Source of the DNA: Malacoraja senta
Lineage: Eukaryota
Assembly: GCA_038087875.1 (NCBI GenBank)
Contig: CM075988.1
Coordinates: forward strand, 9,674,001-9,738,000
Length of the DNA stretch: 64,000 bases
Direction: 5' to 3'
The notes under the pieces were generated by a model. The model ran no database searches, was not told where the DNA came from, and was given only the letters and a program-made list of their open reading frames with translations. Shown piece by piece: positions 11,794 through 24,092 of the stretch. The first letter of the stretch is position 1. Every line of letters begins with the position of its first letter. Both the position numbers and the translations under genes were made by a program.

Positions 11794-13029
11794 CTAGACT
11801 AAGTGGGACTCATTGGGTCCCAGCATCACATGGGAGGGCTGGTCCCCCAACGCAATATTCCACCTCTCCACCAATTCCAATATTGGTGGCCGGGTGGGGG
11901 GGGGGGGTGCTTTATGGAGCGCTAGTATGGGTGTTGTGGGCTGAAGGGACTGGTTTCCAGAGGGCTAGTATGGACATTGTGGGCCGAATGGATTCTTGGG
12001 CTGGCGGCTCAGTCACTCAAGCCTGTTGTGCTGGCAGCTCACTCACTCACAGCTAGTGGGCTGGCAGTTGACTCACGGCTATTCCTTGAAATTCCATTTC
12101 AAGCAGGATGCAAGGCCACCAATTTCAAGTGTAGTTTCATACCATTTCAAGCAGGGTGCAAGGCCACTAAAGACAGCGAGTCGTGAACTCTCCCTCGTCA
12201 ATCTTGCAGAGACTGATCCACGACTACACTTCTGGGTTTTATATTCCATCTCTCCCCTCCCACCAGAGGAGGCGTGGCCTTCACGGCATGATTGACAGGA
12301 GAGAGAATCTCAACATTTTTAAACACTAATAACTCTTTTATTTTTCATCGATGGGAAAAATCCTCAGCACCTGATGAACACAGGGGGACTCTGAGTAGGA
12401 TGGCCAAAAATCACAGCCGTACGTGGTAGCGTTTTATCGAAAATCAATATAAAGCGCAAACAGGAAGTGGTCAAGATTAGACTTTTAATTAGGCAAGGCA
12501 ACTTTAATTAGGCAAGGCAACTTTAATTATGCAAGGCAACTTTAATTAGGCAAGGCAACTTTAATTAGGCAAGGCAACTTTAATTAGGCAAGACAACTTT
12601 AATAAGGCAACTCAGTTTTCGCATTTCCAAACTATATTTTCAAACCACATTAAGGGCACTGGCAGGTCAGTAAAACCACTCACAGTTTAGTAGACATGTG
12701 TTCAGTGTTATTCACAGATCAGACTAAGAGACATGACCCTCTCGCTCCACCATCTTGCAGAGGCACTGAGTGAGGCACTCAACACTTCCGGGTTTTATAA
12801 TCCTTCCGAAGGGGCGTGACCTTCAGGAGAGAGAATATAAACAATTTTTAAACACTAATAACTCTTTTATTTTTCATCAATGGCAAAAATCCTCTTATCC
12901 TGTGCAGCGGAGGGTAACTCTGAATAAGATGGCCAATAATTACAGCCGTAATTGGCAGTGTTCTTTCTAAAATCAATATACAGAACAACAGGAAGTGGTC
13001 AAGATCAGACTTTTAGTAATATAAATAGA
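11794..13029 (-). mobile_element. Non-autonomous Helitron
   Basis: On the minus strand: 5' TC(TATTTATATTACT), subterminal hairpin TGGGAC-CCAATGA-GTCCCA, 3' CTAG, flanked by A and T with no TSD. Confidence 0.8.
12481..12611 (+). repeat. 19-bp minisatellite (ACTTTAATTAGGCAAGGCA), about 6-7 copies, inside the Helitron
   Basis: Tandem repeats seen directly. Confidence 0.95.
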
Positions 13030-13187
13030 TAGATAAATAGATACTGTCTATATTATATGTGCAACTGTGAGAAGGCGAGCGAGAATGAGGGAGGCGTGGA
13101 GAGCAACTCTGGCCGGGTCACCAACATCTTCCACAAGGTGAACCAGCGAGCCCTTCTTAACCAGCTGCCGCATGATGTGGCTGTCTA

Positions 13188-13412
13188 TGAAGGAACTGCA
13201 GATGCCGGTTTAAACCGAAGATAAAAACAAAATGCTGGAGTAACTCAGCGGGACAAGCATCATCTCTGGAGAGAAGGAATGGGTGACGTTTCAGGTCGAG
13301 ACCCTTCTTCAGACAAAGGAACTGTCTCGACCCGAAACGTCACACATTCCTTCTCTCCAGAGATGATGCTGACTGTCCCGTTGAGTTACTCCAGCATTTT
13401 GTGTCCATCTTT
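13188..13412. mobile_element. Penelope-type short repeat, inverted pair with hammerhead motif
   Basis: Minus-strand CTGAAGA-AGGGTCTCGACCT-GAAACGTC at 13283-13314; the opposite arm starts near 13324. Confidence 0.75.
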
Positions 13413-13704
13413 GGTTGATGTGGCTATTGTTGCAGCTCATGGTGTAATCACTTTAGTTCGTAGGCTTTCCAAATAGAGCCGTCTTCTAATGATATGGTGG
13501 ATTTTTGAGCTTATGACTGAGAGATATATCGGCTACTCATAGAGATGCCAATAAGCTAATTTATTTACCTATGCTCCTTGAGTTGGAAGATGTAATATTT
13601 CAGGTAATTGACTAATTAAAAAGGGTTAGAGAGCCATTTTGACAAAGAAGAGCAATGGTTCAGATTGTGTAGGACTCAGCCAGAGGTTTGTGTTTGCCTC
13701 TCGT

Positions 13705-15405
13705 AGATCTGGTTCTGGTTCTGGTTCTGGTTGATTATTGCACAAACACCTCATCAGTGGTTATCTTGCGCAGGTCGGAGTGAGTAGCGTAGTGATTACA
13801 TTTTGAAGTGGGCCTTTTTGACCAAGTTGAGGATATCTAGTTGCTCAATCCCCTTTTTAAATGACTTAACATCGGGAGCAGCACGTATGTTGGGTGGTAA
13901 CCTATTTCATTCCCTTATCGTCCATGGGTAAAGTGAATATTGGTAGCAAAGTTTATTGAAATTTAACGAGTTGGTGATGTAGGGACCGTTATTTTGTCTT
14001 GTTTCATGGCAGTTGATGCTCTGGGATGACAGGAGATTTGATAGCGTGATTTTGTGAATCTCCTTGTAAATTGCAATAAATCTTAGCCTGATTCTGCGGA
14101 GCTCTAGGGTATTGCATCCGAGAGAAGTCAGCATAGTTTTCACGCTTGATTTGCGCTTGTAGTCATTACATACAAAGCGGTTTGCTCGGCGTTGTACTCT
14201 CTCCAGGGTGATCTTGTTGTTGTTGTTGAAAGGATCCCATATGGCTCCACAATACTCCAATTTGGGCCTGCCCAAGGACTTGTAGGCATTCTCTTTGACG
14301 GATGTACTACATGCGTGAAAATTTCTTTTGAGTAGGCCAAGAGTTCTATTTGCTTTGTTGGACACTTGACTAATATGCGTCGCCCAACTTAAATCTTTGC
14401 TTAATTCGACTCCTAGATATGGGTGATGTATGCAAGCAATGTATGGCTACCCATGTTGTATTCCGATAAAAGTGGTTTAATCTTGTGTGAGACGTGCATG
14501 GTATGACATTTGGTTGTATTTAATGACATCTGCCAGGTTTTTCCCCACTCACAGAGAGCATCCAGATCCTTCTGTAAGGACAAGCTGCCTTCTGGTGTTT
14601 TAATCTCTCTATAAATTATGGCATCATCTGCGAAGAGTCGAACTCTGGACGAAACTGCATTTGGAATGTCATTGATATACAGTAGGAAGAGCAATGGACC
14701 TATTACTGTCCCCTGTCACAGAAGTTTCAATAGACATCTCTCCCTCCAAGAGAACTCGCTGGTGTCTCCTTGTCAAAAATATCTCAATCCATTTTAAGAG
14801 GTTGCCATCTATTCCTACATGGTTGAACTTGTACAAGAGCCGCTTCTGGGGAACGTTATCAAAAGCCTTACTGGTCTAATATAATCAGGTCAGACCCTTG
14901 GTATCGAGTGACCTGGCTAGATCATCGATGAGTCCCGCCAGTTGGGTTTCACATGATCGACCCTATCTAAAGCCATGTTGGTGGTTTGTTAGTACCTTGT
15001 GGAAGTCAATATGGTCCATAATATGTCAGTGGATTATATGTTCGAGAATCTTGCATGGTAAGGAGGTCAGTGAAGCTGGGCGATAATTTGCAGGATTTAT
15101 CCTATCTCCTTTTTTATAGATGGGGACAATGTTAGCATTCAGCCAGTCTTCTGGGAGTTCTCCACAAACCACAGACGTCTGAAAAATCTTTTGGAAGACT
15201 GGAGTGAAGCTTGCTGAACAATTCTTTAAAACTCTGGTTGGTATCTGGTCTGGCCCTGACGTCTTCTTTGGTTTTATTTCTTCCAATAATTTCTGCACCC
15301 CTTTCATTGTTACCTTAAGATTTACAATTTTTGGAGCTTGTTGTGAGTTCAATGATGGGAATTCATCTAGATCCTGAGAACCGGCTGGACTTGGTTGTGT
15401 ACCAG
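13705..15405 (-). mobile_element. RTE-X-like LINE, 5'-truncated and frameshifted
   Basis: KTSGPDQIP..NYRPASLTS (15026-15439), YINDIP..LFADD (14413-14694), RPKLEYC..WDP..VQRRA (13907-14365), and an (AACCAG)n tail. Confidence 0.8.
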
Positions 15406-15894
15406 GCAGTGAAGTCCATGAGTTGTAACTTGGCCACACAGAATAGGAACAAACAACCTCCTCTCAGTCTGAACTAATGACCTCTGACAACCCACGTCTT
15501 TTACACTCTTTCTGATGATGGGTAACTGAATAGTATATGAATAATGAAACACAAAAAGGGGGGGGGGGAAATAAGCTTTTTAATCCTCATTTAATGTACA
15601 CAGGTTAATTAAATATTTATTAATTAGAACACAATGAAAACAACAGACCATTTATATCCATTTACCATTGCCTTAAGTGGCAATCAGCAAATTTAATTGC
15701 ATGGGATTGTGCTAGATACACTGAATGCGGCTTGTGTAAAGTCAAGAGGAAAGCTACAAAGTATATCTGTCCCCTTCAGCTCAGGACTTTATTGAATATT
15801 CAAGCTGCAGAATGAGTGCAGAACTACAGTGGGAAAACCTATCTTCCAGCGCTTTCATACTAATTAATCTCCAAGATTATTGAGGGAGATTAGG

Positions 15895-16250
15895 AGTGGC
15901 ACAGCAGTAGAGCTGCTGCCTTACAGTGCGAGAGACCCCGGTTCGATCCTGACTATAGGTGCCATCCGTACGGAGTTTGTACGTTCTTCCTGTGACCGCG
16001 TGAGTTCTCTGGTTTCCTCCCACACTCCAAAGACATACAGGTTTCAAATGATATGGTAGATTTTTGAGTTTATGACCGAAAGATCAGCTGCTCATATAGA
16101 TGCCAGGTTTGTAGGTTAATTCGCTTCAGTAAAATTGTAAATTGTTCCTAGTGTGTAGGATAGTGCCAGTGTATGTGGTGATCAGTGGTTGGCATGGACT
16201 CGGTGGGCTAAAGGGCCTGTTTCTGTATCTCTAACGTCTAAAGTCTAAAG
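15895..16250 (+). mobile_element. V-SINE (HE1-like) with a 59-bp internal insertion
   Basis: B box GGTTCGATCC, V-core and (TCTAAAG)n tail. Confidence 0.85.
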
Positions 16251-17039
16251 CTGAGACAGTTGATACTGATAAACTTAATCAGGGTCCAAATAACAGGGAT
16301 AAAAGTTGTTATTACAAAGAGTAAGAGCAGAGATAGATAATAACATGGTGTCTCTGAAATAGACAATGGAAATATATTCAAAATTGAGATTTAAATTGTT
16401 GTTGAGATGAAGAGTTTTATCTTTCTACTGAAAACTGAGATCTAATGTTTCATGTAACTTTATTGAACAAAATCAACAGGATTATGTTATGATTTTATGC
16501 TTTCTCTTATTCGGACTGAAGATCAATGACTTTTTCTGAGAAATGCCATCAGTTCCATATGGAATTTCAACATTTCTCTCTGCAACTGTTAAGTGGCAAA
16601 TATGTAAGGCTCAATCCTCATGACAGTTGATCACTGGAAATAAAATGGAGATTCAAGAGACTGCAGATGTTGAAATTTTGAGCTTAAAACAGACAGCCGC
16701 TAGAACTCCCTCACCAGAAGCACTCCACATGTCAGGCAGCATCTGCGGAGAGAGAAATTGATTAAATGTTTCAGATCAAAGCACCATTGTCAGAACTGCG
16801 TCAGAGCTCTAATGAAGGGTCTTCAACCTGAAGATATCACTCTGTTTCTTTTTCCCGAGGGAATGGTGGAAGCAGAGTCACTGACAGATTTAACAATTGT
16901 CAAGGCGTGCACTTGAATTGCCCAGTCAGAGAAGGCTATGGGCCAAATGCTGTAATAATGAGATTTATATAGTTTGGTGTTCCCTGGTCAGCATGGATAT
17001 GATGGGCCAAATGGCCTTCTCCATGCTGCACGATTAGCA

Positions 17040-17500
17040 TCATAGAGTCATACAGCATGGAAACAGGCCTTTCTGCATAATTCGTCCATGTTGACCAAGG
17101 TGCCCCATCTAAGCTAATCTGTGCATTTCCAACATTGTCTATTTTCAATAAAAAACATTGAGTCATACAGTGTGGAAACAGGCCCACAGGCACATCTTGC
17201 CCACACCGACCAACATGTCCCATCTACACTACTCCCATCTGCTTGTGTTTGGTCCACATCTCTCTAAACCTATCCTCTCTATGTAACTTCCTAAATGTGT
17301 CTTAAACATTGCGATAGTACATGCCTCAACTACCTCCTCCAGCAGCTCGTTCCATCCACCTACCACCCTTTGTATAAAAAGTTACCCCTCATGTTCTTAT
17401 CAAATCTTAAACCTATGTACTCTGATTCCTGATTTCCCTACTCTGGGCAGGAGACCGTGTGTTTACCCAATCTATTCCTCCCACGATTTTGTACATAAAT
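17040..17500 (-). mobile_element. CR1 3'-end fragments
   Basis: Two tails similar to those at 19180-19370 and 57948-58240. Confidence 0.7.
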
Positions 17501-18275
17501 TTGAAAATGTTTTTCATATATGTTTCAGTCAACAAGATTTAATAATTGTCCTGAGATTCTGGAAACAATGCTGGCCTCATTTTGTACTATTCATTAATTG
17601 AAATGGTAAACTAAACTCTTGCCTCAGTTAGCACCAACAATACTAGAATGCCTATTACATTATTCCTCAGGGTCTCTTTCAATTGAGCTGGCAAGGAGAC
17701 TCGAGCAGAGAAAGGATGGTAATGAGATGGAGCCTTTGCAGATTGCTCAATTGGCAACTGGTCACAGAGTGCCCTTTGTATAACCTTGCTTGTCCTTTAC
17801 ATGGGGAATATTGCTTATCACCTTCTGTGTTTATATCCTATTAATTAACAAAGAAGGAATGTTTGCAGTGTTATCATTAAATTCAAGTTGTGTCGATGCT
17901 AACACAAAATGTTTTTTAATTATTGAAAATGCTAGTAATATATTTTAATGTTTCCTTTGTATTGTAATTTCATCCTCCTAACCAAACTGAAAAAAAAAAA
18001 AAATTCCCCCCTTAGATAATTATTTTTATACTCTGTAAGCATCACGTCATTTAACAATTTGTTGCCATGTCTAACAGGAACCAAACCCCGAATTTATATC
18101 CTTTAGACATTTTCCAAATGTGTTTACATCCTCTGTTGCCTAGATCACTCTATAATTTTCAAATTCTTGCCATTTAAGTGCCCTCGCTTTTAATCATTCA
18201 ATGATTGTCAGTATAACTTCAGCTGCTTTGATACTGAGCACCCTCTTTCTGAAATACACTTCTGTTTCTTCCTTG

Positions 18276-19045
18276 AAGATAGATACAAAATGCTGGAGTA
18301 ACTCAGTGGGTCAGGCAACATCTCTGGAGAGGATGAATGGGTGATGTTTCAGGTCGAGTTCCTTCTTCAGACTTACTGAAGGGCCTGTCCCAGGAGCATG
18401 CGACTGCATGCGGCTAGCGCAACCTAACGTGGTTGCGCTAGCCATGCGGCCTCGCGGGGCCGGTCCCACTTCGATCGCCGGAGCCGCATGGAATTGTGCG
18501 GAGCTGGTCCCGACATCGCACGGGGCTCCGAAAAACTAACAGTGTTCAAAAATTCCGCACGGCAAAGGCCTGCCGGCCCGCTGCCGCATGGACGCCGCAC
18601 GCACCGCCTCGACGCCGCACGCAACGCCTCGACGCCGTACGCAGCATCTTGACGCTGAACGCAACGTCTTGACGCCGTACGCAGCGTCTTGACGGCGTAC
18701 GCCTAGCGCGTGGCGTTGCGCGATGACGTCACCGTCCGACGCCGGGCGACGTCCAAATTCAGTCGGCCCGCCTCCTGCCCAGCTGATTGGTGAGTATGAT
18801 GTAGGGACCAGCTCCGCACAACTCAAGACGGCTCCGCGGTTGGAAGTGGGATCGGCCCCGCGAGGCCGTACGCCTCAAGCCACCATGTTTGGTCGCGCTA
18901 GACTCGTGCAATCGCATGCTGGTGCGACAGGCCCTTGAAACATCACCCATTCCTTCTCTCCAGAGATGCTGCCTGCTCATTGAGTTACTCCAGCATTTTA
19001 TGTCTATCTTCGGTGTAAATCAGCATCTGCAGTTCTTTCCTACAC
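18276..19045. mobile_element. Penelope-type inverted repeat interrupted centrally by a MITE
   Basis: Arms 18276-18375 and 18936-19010 are reverse complements. Confidence 0.7.
18380..18935. mobile_element. PIF/Harbinger-type MITE, subfamily A
   Basis: TIR AGGGCCTGTCCCA / TGCGACAGGCCCT, TGA on both flanks, internal 20-bp tandem repeats. Confidence 0.85.
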
Positions 19046-20091
19046 ATCTGTTTCCTCCTTGTGAGACATTCATGATCTGCTCCTTTGGCCAAATGTTTGG
19101 CCATCCCCTAAATCCGTTTTCTATACCTTTGTGTCTGGTGGTATTTGATGTTACTCCAAAATAAGCTTTATTATTTAAAGTCATAGCGTCATATAGTGTG
19201 GAAACAGGCCTGACAATGCCCACACCAGCCTACCTGTCTCAGCTACACTAGTCCCACTTGCCTGCATTTGGCCCATATCCCTACAAACCTGTCCTATCCA
19301 TGTACCTGTCTAACTGTTTCTTAATTGTTGGGATAGTCCCTGCCTCAACTTCCTTCTTTGGCAGTTTTTACCATATTTAAATATATTAATGTTGTTTAAG
19401 ATGCCTCACCAATGATCCGAAAACCCCTAAATATTTAAAACCACTTGAGCCGCTTAAATTCACAGCAAGTAGTAAATCCAAAGATCTAAATAAAAATGTT
19501 ATCTTATAACAAAAACTTTGGAAAGAATCAATATTTTTTTCAAAGCGAAACAGCCATTCCATTATTTACGGCAGATCAAAATCTGATGGATTGGTTACAT
19601 TTAATTTCTGGAAGATTGACTCAATAAATGACCAAAATAAATCAGAAATCAGGCTGCAATTAAATGGTGGAAGTGTATGTGTACTTATGGGTACAAATGT
19701 TGGGATGTGTGTTTTGCTGTTAAGATTCTGACAATGCCCTGCAACAATATATTGTTTACTTATAATTCTTTGACGAATGGGAAGATTTTCCCTTGTATGG
19801 AGATTACCAGACTTGCCCACAGGCCACTGATCTTCGTGTTCTGCTGGATGTTAAATCCCAATGCACTGGTCTGGACCATTGCTGTATGAGCCAGAAAAGG
19901 ACCTCTTGCTGCCTAAGAGACATAGAAACATAGAAAATAGGTGCAGGAGTAGGCCATTCGGCCCTTTGAGCCAGCACTCAATATGACCATGGCTGATCAT
20001 CCAGAATCAGTGCCCCCATTCCCGCTTTCTCCTCATATCTCTTGATTCCATTAGCCCTAAGAGATATATCCAACTCTTTCTTGAATACAAG

Positions 20092-20300
20092 TAGGAAAGA
20101 ACTGCAGATACTGGTTTAAATCGAAGATAGACACAAAATGCTGGAGTAACTCAGCGGGACAGGCATCATCTCTGGAGGGAAGGAATGGGTAACGTTTTGG
20201 GTCAGGTCTGAAGAAGGGTCTCAACCCGAAATGTCATCCATTTCCTCTCTCCAGAGATGCTGCCTGTCCCGCATAATTATTCCAGTATTTTGTGTCTATC
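20092..20300. mobile_element. Penelope-type inverted repeat with hammerhead motif, adjoining the CR1 tail at 19918-20088
   Basis: CTGAAGA at 20208-20214 and GAAATGTC at 20228-20235; inverted arms. Confidence 0.75.
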
Positions 20301-20317
20301 TCTCTTCAATACATCAT

Positions 20318-20635
20318 GTTTAGTTTAGAATTTAAAAATACAACATGGAAACAGGCCCCTTGGCCCACCCACGCCAACCACTGATCACCTGTTCACATTA
20401 ATTCTTATTATCCCATTTTCTCATCGACTCCCTACATACCAGAGTGATTTTACAGAACCCAATTAACCTACAAACTCGCACGTCTTTGGGATGTGGGGGG
20501 AAACTGGAGCATCCGGAGGAAGCCTACACAGGGAGAATGTGCAAACTCCCCATACACAGAACCTGAGATCAGGATCGAACACGGGTCTCTGGCGCTATGA
20601 GGCAGTAGGTCTGCCAGTTGAGCCATTTTGCTGAC
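20318..20635 (-). mobile_element. V-SINE
   Basis: Homologous to 1148-1456. Confidence 0.8.
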
Positions 20636-20751
20636 CCATCATAAAAATATTAGAAATACAATTAAATGCAGGTGCCCCTCCAACTTGCATCATCCTGACT
20701 TGGAAATATATTGTTCAGTTTTCCTTCCCATAGGGACTGGAACTCCCAACT

Positions 20752-21280
20752 CCCAAATCTGAGGAAGGACATTATAGCCATAGAGGGAGTGCAGAGAAGG
20801 TTCACCAGACTGATTCCTGGGATGTCAGGAATTTCATATGAAGAAAGACTGGATAGACTTGGCTTATACTCGTTAGAATTTAGGAGATTGAGAGGGGATC
20901 TTATAGAAACGTACAAAATTCTTATGGGGTTGGACAGGCTAGATGCAGGAAGATTGTTCCCGATGTTGGGGAAGTCCAGGACAAGGGGTCACAGCTTAAG
21001 GATAAGGGGGAAATCCTTTAAGACCGAGATGAGGAAAAACTTTTTCACACAGAGAGTGATGAATCTCTGGAACTCTCTGCCACAGAGGGTAGTTGACGCC
21101 AGTTCATTGGCTATATTTAAGAGGGAGTTAGATGTGGCCCTTGTGGCTAAAGGGATCAGGGGGTATGGAGAGAAGGCAGGTACGGGATACTGAGTTGGAT
21201 GATCAGCCACGATCATATTGAATGGCGGTGCAGGCTCGAAGGGCCTACTCCTGCACCTATTTTCTATGTATCTATGTAAC
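20752..21280 (+). mobile_element. Young CR1 (HER1-like) LINE 3' end with an open RT C-terminus
   Basis: IEGVQRRFTRLIPG..RRLRGDLIETYKI..TRGHSL..FFTQRVMNLWNSLP, followed by a (TCTATG)-type tail. Confidence 0.92.
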
Positions 21281-21683
21281 ACACGATGAGAGAATCTTCA
21301 CCAGAAAAATTACAGGGGCCCATCACCAACCTACCAAGGGCAGTTAGAGATGGGTACCATCATATGACACTGGCAGCAATGCCCAGATCCAAGAAAAGCA
21401 ACAACAAAATATTAGCACTCGCTATTAAATCAATTTTCTATTTAACTGCCGATTTCAATCAACTACTGTTAAATTTTACTTCGGAGTCACGTGAGTGATT
21501 CCGTGAAGAACCCCGTCAGTCGGCATGCACGTCATTACGTCTGACGCATGGCGCAGAGACCAGCTCGGAGGGCAGAGCTCCTCCAGCGGTAAGTTAAAAA
21601 AGCCTCAGGTAAGTGTTAAACTTAGTGTGAGGTCGGTTTCTTCTGCACTTGTTAATTCTTGTTGCAGGAGGACAAGACAAGCA

Positions 21684-22588
21684 TGGAGAAGTCGTTGCGA
21701 GCAAGGCGAGTCGTTTCAAAAATCAACAAGGACCGCGGGAGTGCGGGTAGTGGACGGCCGCCTAGTTCATCTATGGAGTCGCCAGTTCTTAAACCAGTGA
21801 CTGCAGGCTTGGGGTCTGAGGACGCGTAAAGCCACCAGCAAGTCTGCACGGCCGATTGACTCAGATGAGTCCGGTCGGGTTCTCCTCCAGGAAGAGATAC
21901 CGTGTATGGGCGGTTAACCATGGTGGAGTATCTGTTGGTGAGGATGCTCCATCAAGAGCGCAGGTCTCTCCAAGAGCCAGCGCCAGCAGCGCCTATTACA
22001 GGGCTGCCTAATGTCTACCTCGAGGAGGAGGTGAGCGTACTGGGTCAGGACGAATCTGACGCCGACTCTGAGGGGTTAGTGTTGGAGGCTGCCCCGAGGG
22101 ACGAATGTCAGGAGCTGGAGGTTCCATTCCTGGCAGACTCAGGAGAGCCGCTGGGTGAGGATTTGGCTGCCACGATAAATTATCTAGCCTCACACCAGCT
22201 CCAGGAGCTCACTATGGATGCCACAGCCCACAAATACGATACACCGGCCAATTGTGTTCTGTTGAAGGTGCCGGCAGTAAATCATACCATCTGGAGCCAC
22301 ATGGGAGTAGGCATCAGGGCACAGGAGATGAAGTTGCAGAGGGTGTTGAAGCTACTGGCTTCCGGTATTATGGTGTTTGGGAGGTTGGTGGATGGGGGGC
22401 ACCTGTCTGAGATATAGCAGGATGCCCTGGCTCTCATGTGCAATGTGCACTTTGAAATAAACTTCCATCCGCCCCATGATTAATCCAAAATTCGCTGCCC
22501 TCTGCAAGCACAGCAACGTTCAGCCACCAAATCTTTTATTTGGAGAAGACCTCGCGACGCAGTGAAGGAATTGGATGACGAGGCAAAT
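21684..22588 (+). pseudogene. DIRS gag-like ORF1 (disrupted)
   Basis: PANCVLLKVPAVNHTIW..KLQRVLKLL is homologous to the gag-like ORFs of the other two DIRS copies. Confidence 0.8.
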
Positions 22589-22599
22589 CTTGTGACAGA

Positions 22600-23121
22600 T
22601 TGGCTAACATTATTTGGCATTGGTGCATTAAGAGAAACATTTGGGTTTCAGCTGTTTACTTGCCAGGCAGGTTCAACATAGTGGCAGACACCAGATCACG
22701 CAAATTCAATGACAACACAGAATGGATGTTGAATCATGAAGTATTTAATAATATTGTTGTTCGATATGGGATGCCAGATATCGATTTGTTTGCATCCAGA
22801 CTCAATCACCAGTTGCCAAAGTATGTTTCATGGGAACCAGACCCGGGGGCAGTAGCGGTAGACGCTTTCGCGCTACATTGGGGAGGATTGTTTATATATG
22901 CATTTCCTCCATTCTGCCTCATCAGTCGGTGCTTGACTAAAATCAAGCAGGACTCTGCTTCAGGAGTTTTGGTGGTGCCCGACTGGCCTACTCTCATTTC
23001 GGACATTATAACTCAGCCAATTATGGTGGTTCCAAAATGTCATAATCTATTGGTAAACCTCGTGACTGGAGATCAACACCCATTGTGTGATCATATTAAT
23101 TTGTTAATTTGCAGGTTTTAA
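22600..23121 (+). pseudogene. DIRS RNase H end plus N6-adenine methyltransferase-like domain
   Basis: YLPG..N..AD..SR, DLFASRLN, DAF..W, YAFPPF, VVPDWP. Confidence 0.88.
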
Positions 23122-24092
23122 GGAGACCATACCTGGGTCTGGGATTATCCAATCACATCGTGGATGTCATCACATCATCCTGGAGGGATATTACAAAAAA
23201 ACAGTATCTCTCTCATATCAGGAAGTGGGAGGCGTTTTGCTTAAAAGGGAACATTACTTACCACACAGTTTCCATCCCAGATGCGTTACAGTTTCTCTCT
23301 GAATTGTATTTTGATGACGGTCTAAGTTATAGTGCCATCAATACTGCCAGGAGTGCTCTGTCATCGTATTTATGTTTGGGGTCACAATTACAGTCTGTCG
23401 GATCTCATCCGTTAATATCTCGATTTATGAAGGGTGTTTTTAATTCCAATCCCCCCAGGCCTAGATATACAGAAATCTAGGATGTCAGTGTGGTACTCAC
23501 GCTGCTTCAACAGTGGGGTCCAGCCACATCCTTGTCTTTGGTAAAGATTACCTTGACGTTGGTTATGCTCATGGCGTTAGTGTCAGCACAGAGGGTTCAG
23601 ACTGTGTAAAAATTTAGACTGGATAGGATGTTGTCATCTGGGAATGATGTCTTATTCTACATATATGATCTCATTAAACAGAGCAGACCAGGGGTGTCAG
23701 GAGTCAAGCTTCTACTGTCAACGTATCCCACGGACTTGCGACTGTGTGTGGTGGCGCACTTACGGTCTTATATTGAGGTCACCAAGGGCCTCAGAGGATC
23801 AGAAGTACAATTGTTTGTTAGCCACAAAAAGCCACATGGGAAAGTGTCCGTCCAGACCATCTCAAGATGGCTGAAACAAGTATTGGGATTTGCAAGAGTT
23901 AATACTGACAATTTTAAATCTCACTCCACCAGGGCGGCATCAACGTCAGCAGCGAGGGCAATGGACGTCCCTCTAGACCAAATCCTCGAGGCCACAGGAT
24001 GGTCACATGAACTGACTTTTCACAGGTTTTACAATAAACCACTTGTTGAAACCGGGGTGTTCGCCCATTCTATTTTAAGTTCTGTTTCCTAG
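23115..24092 (+). pseudogene. DIRS tyrosine recombinase with premature stops
   Basis: SYSAINTARSALS, SAQRVQT, HSTRAAS, GW..F.RFY; stops at about 23480 and 23609. Confidence 0.9.

Noticed and set aside
12481..12611. Regular repeats as a possible CRISPR array (also 18590-18700 and 36330-36470)
   Set aside because: Head-to-tail repeats with no unique spacers, inside eukaryotic transposons, and no cas genes.
15895..15965. tRNA gene
   Set aside because: The A/B boxes belong to a SINE head; there is no complete cloverleaf and it is followed by the V-core and a LINE tail.
19808..19911. Possible minus-strand exon linking 25756-25806 to 10382-10455 in frame
   Set aside because: The acceptor's pyrimidine tract comes from an adjacent CR1 tail and two frames are open, so it cannot be told from chance.
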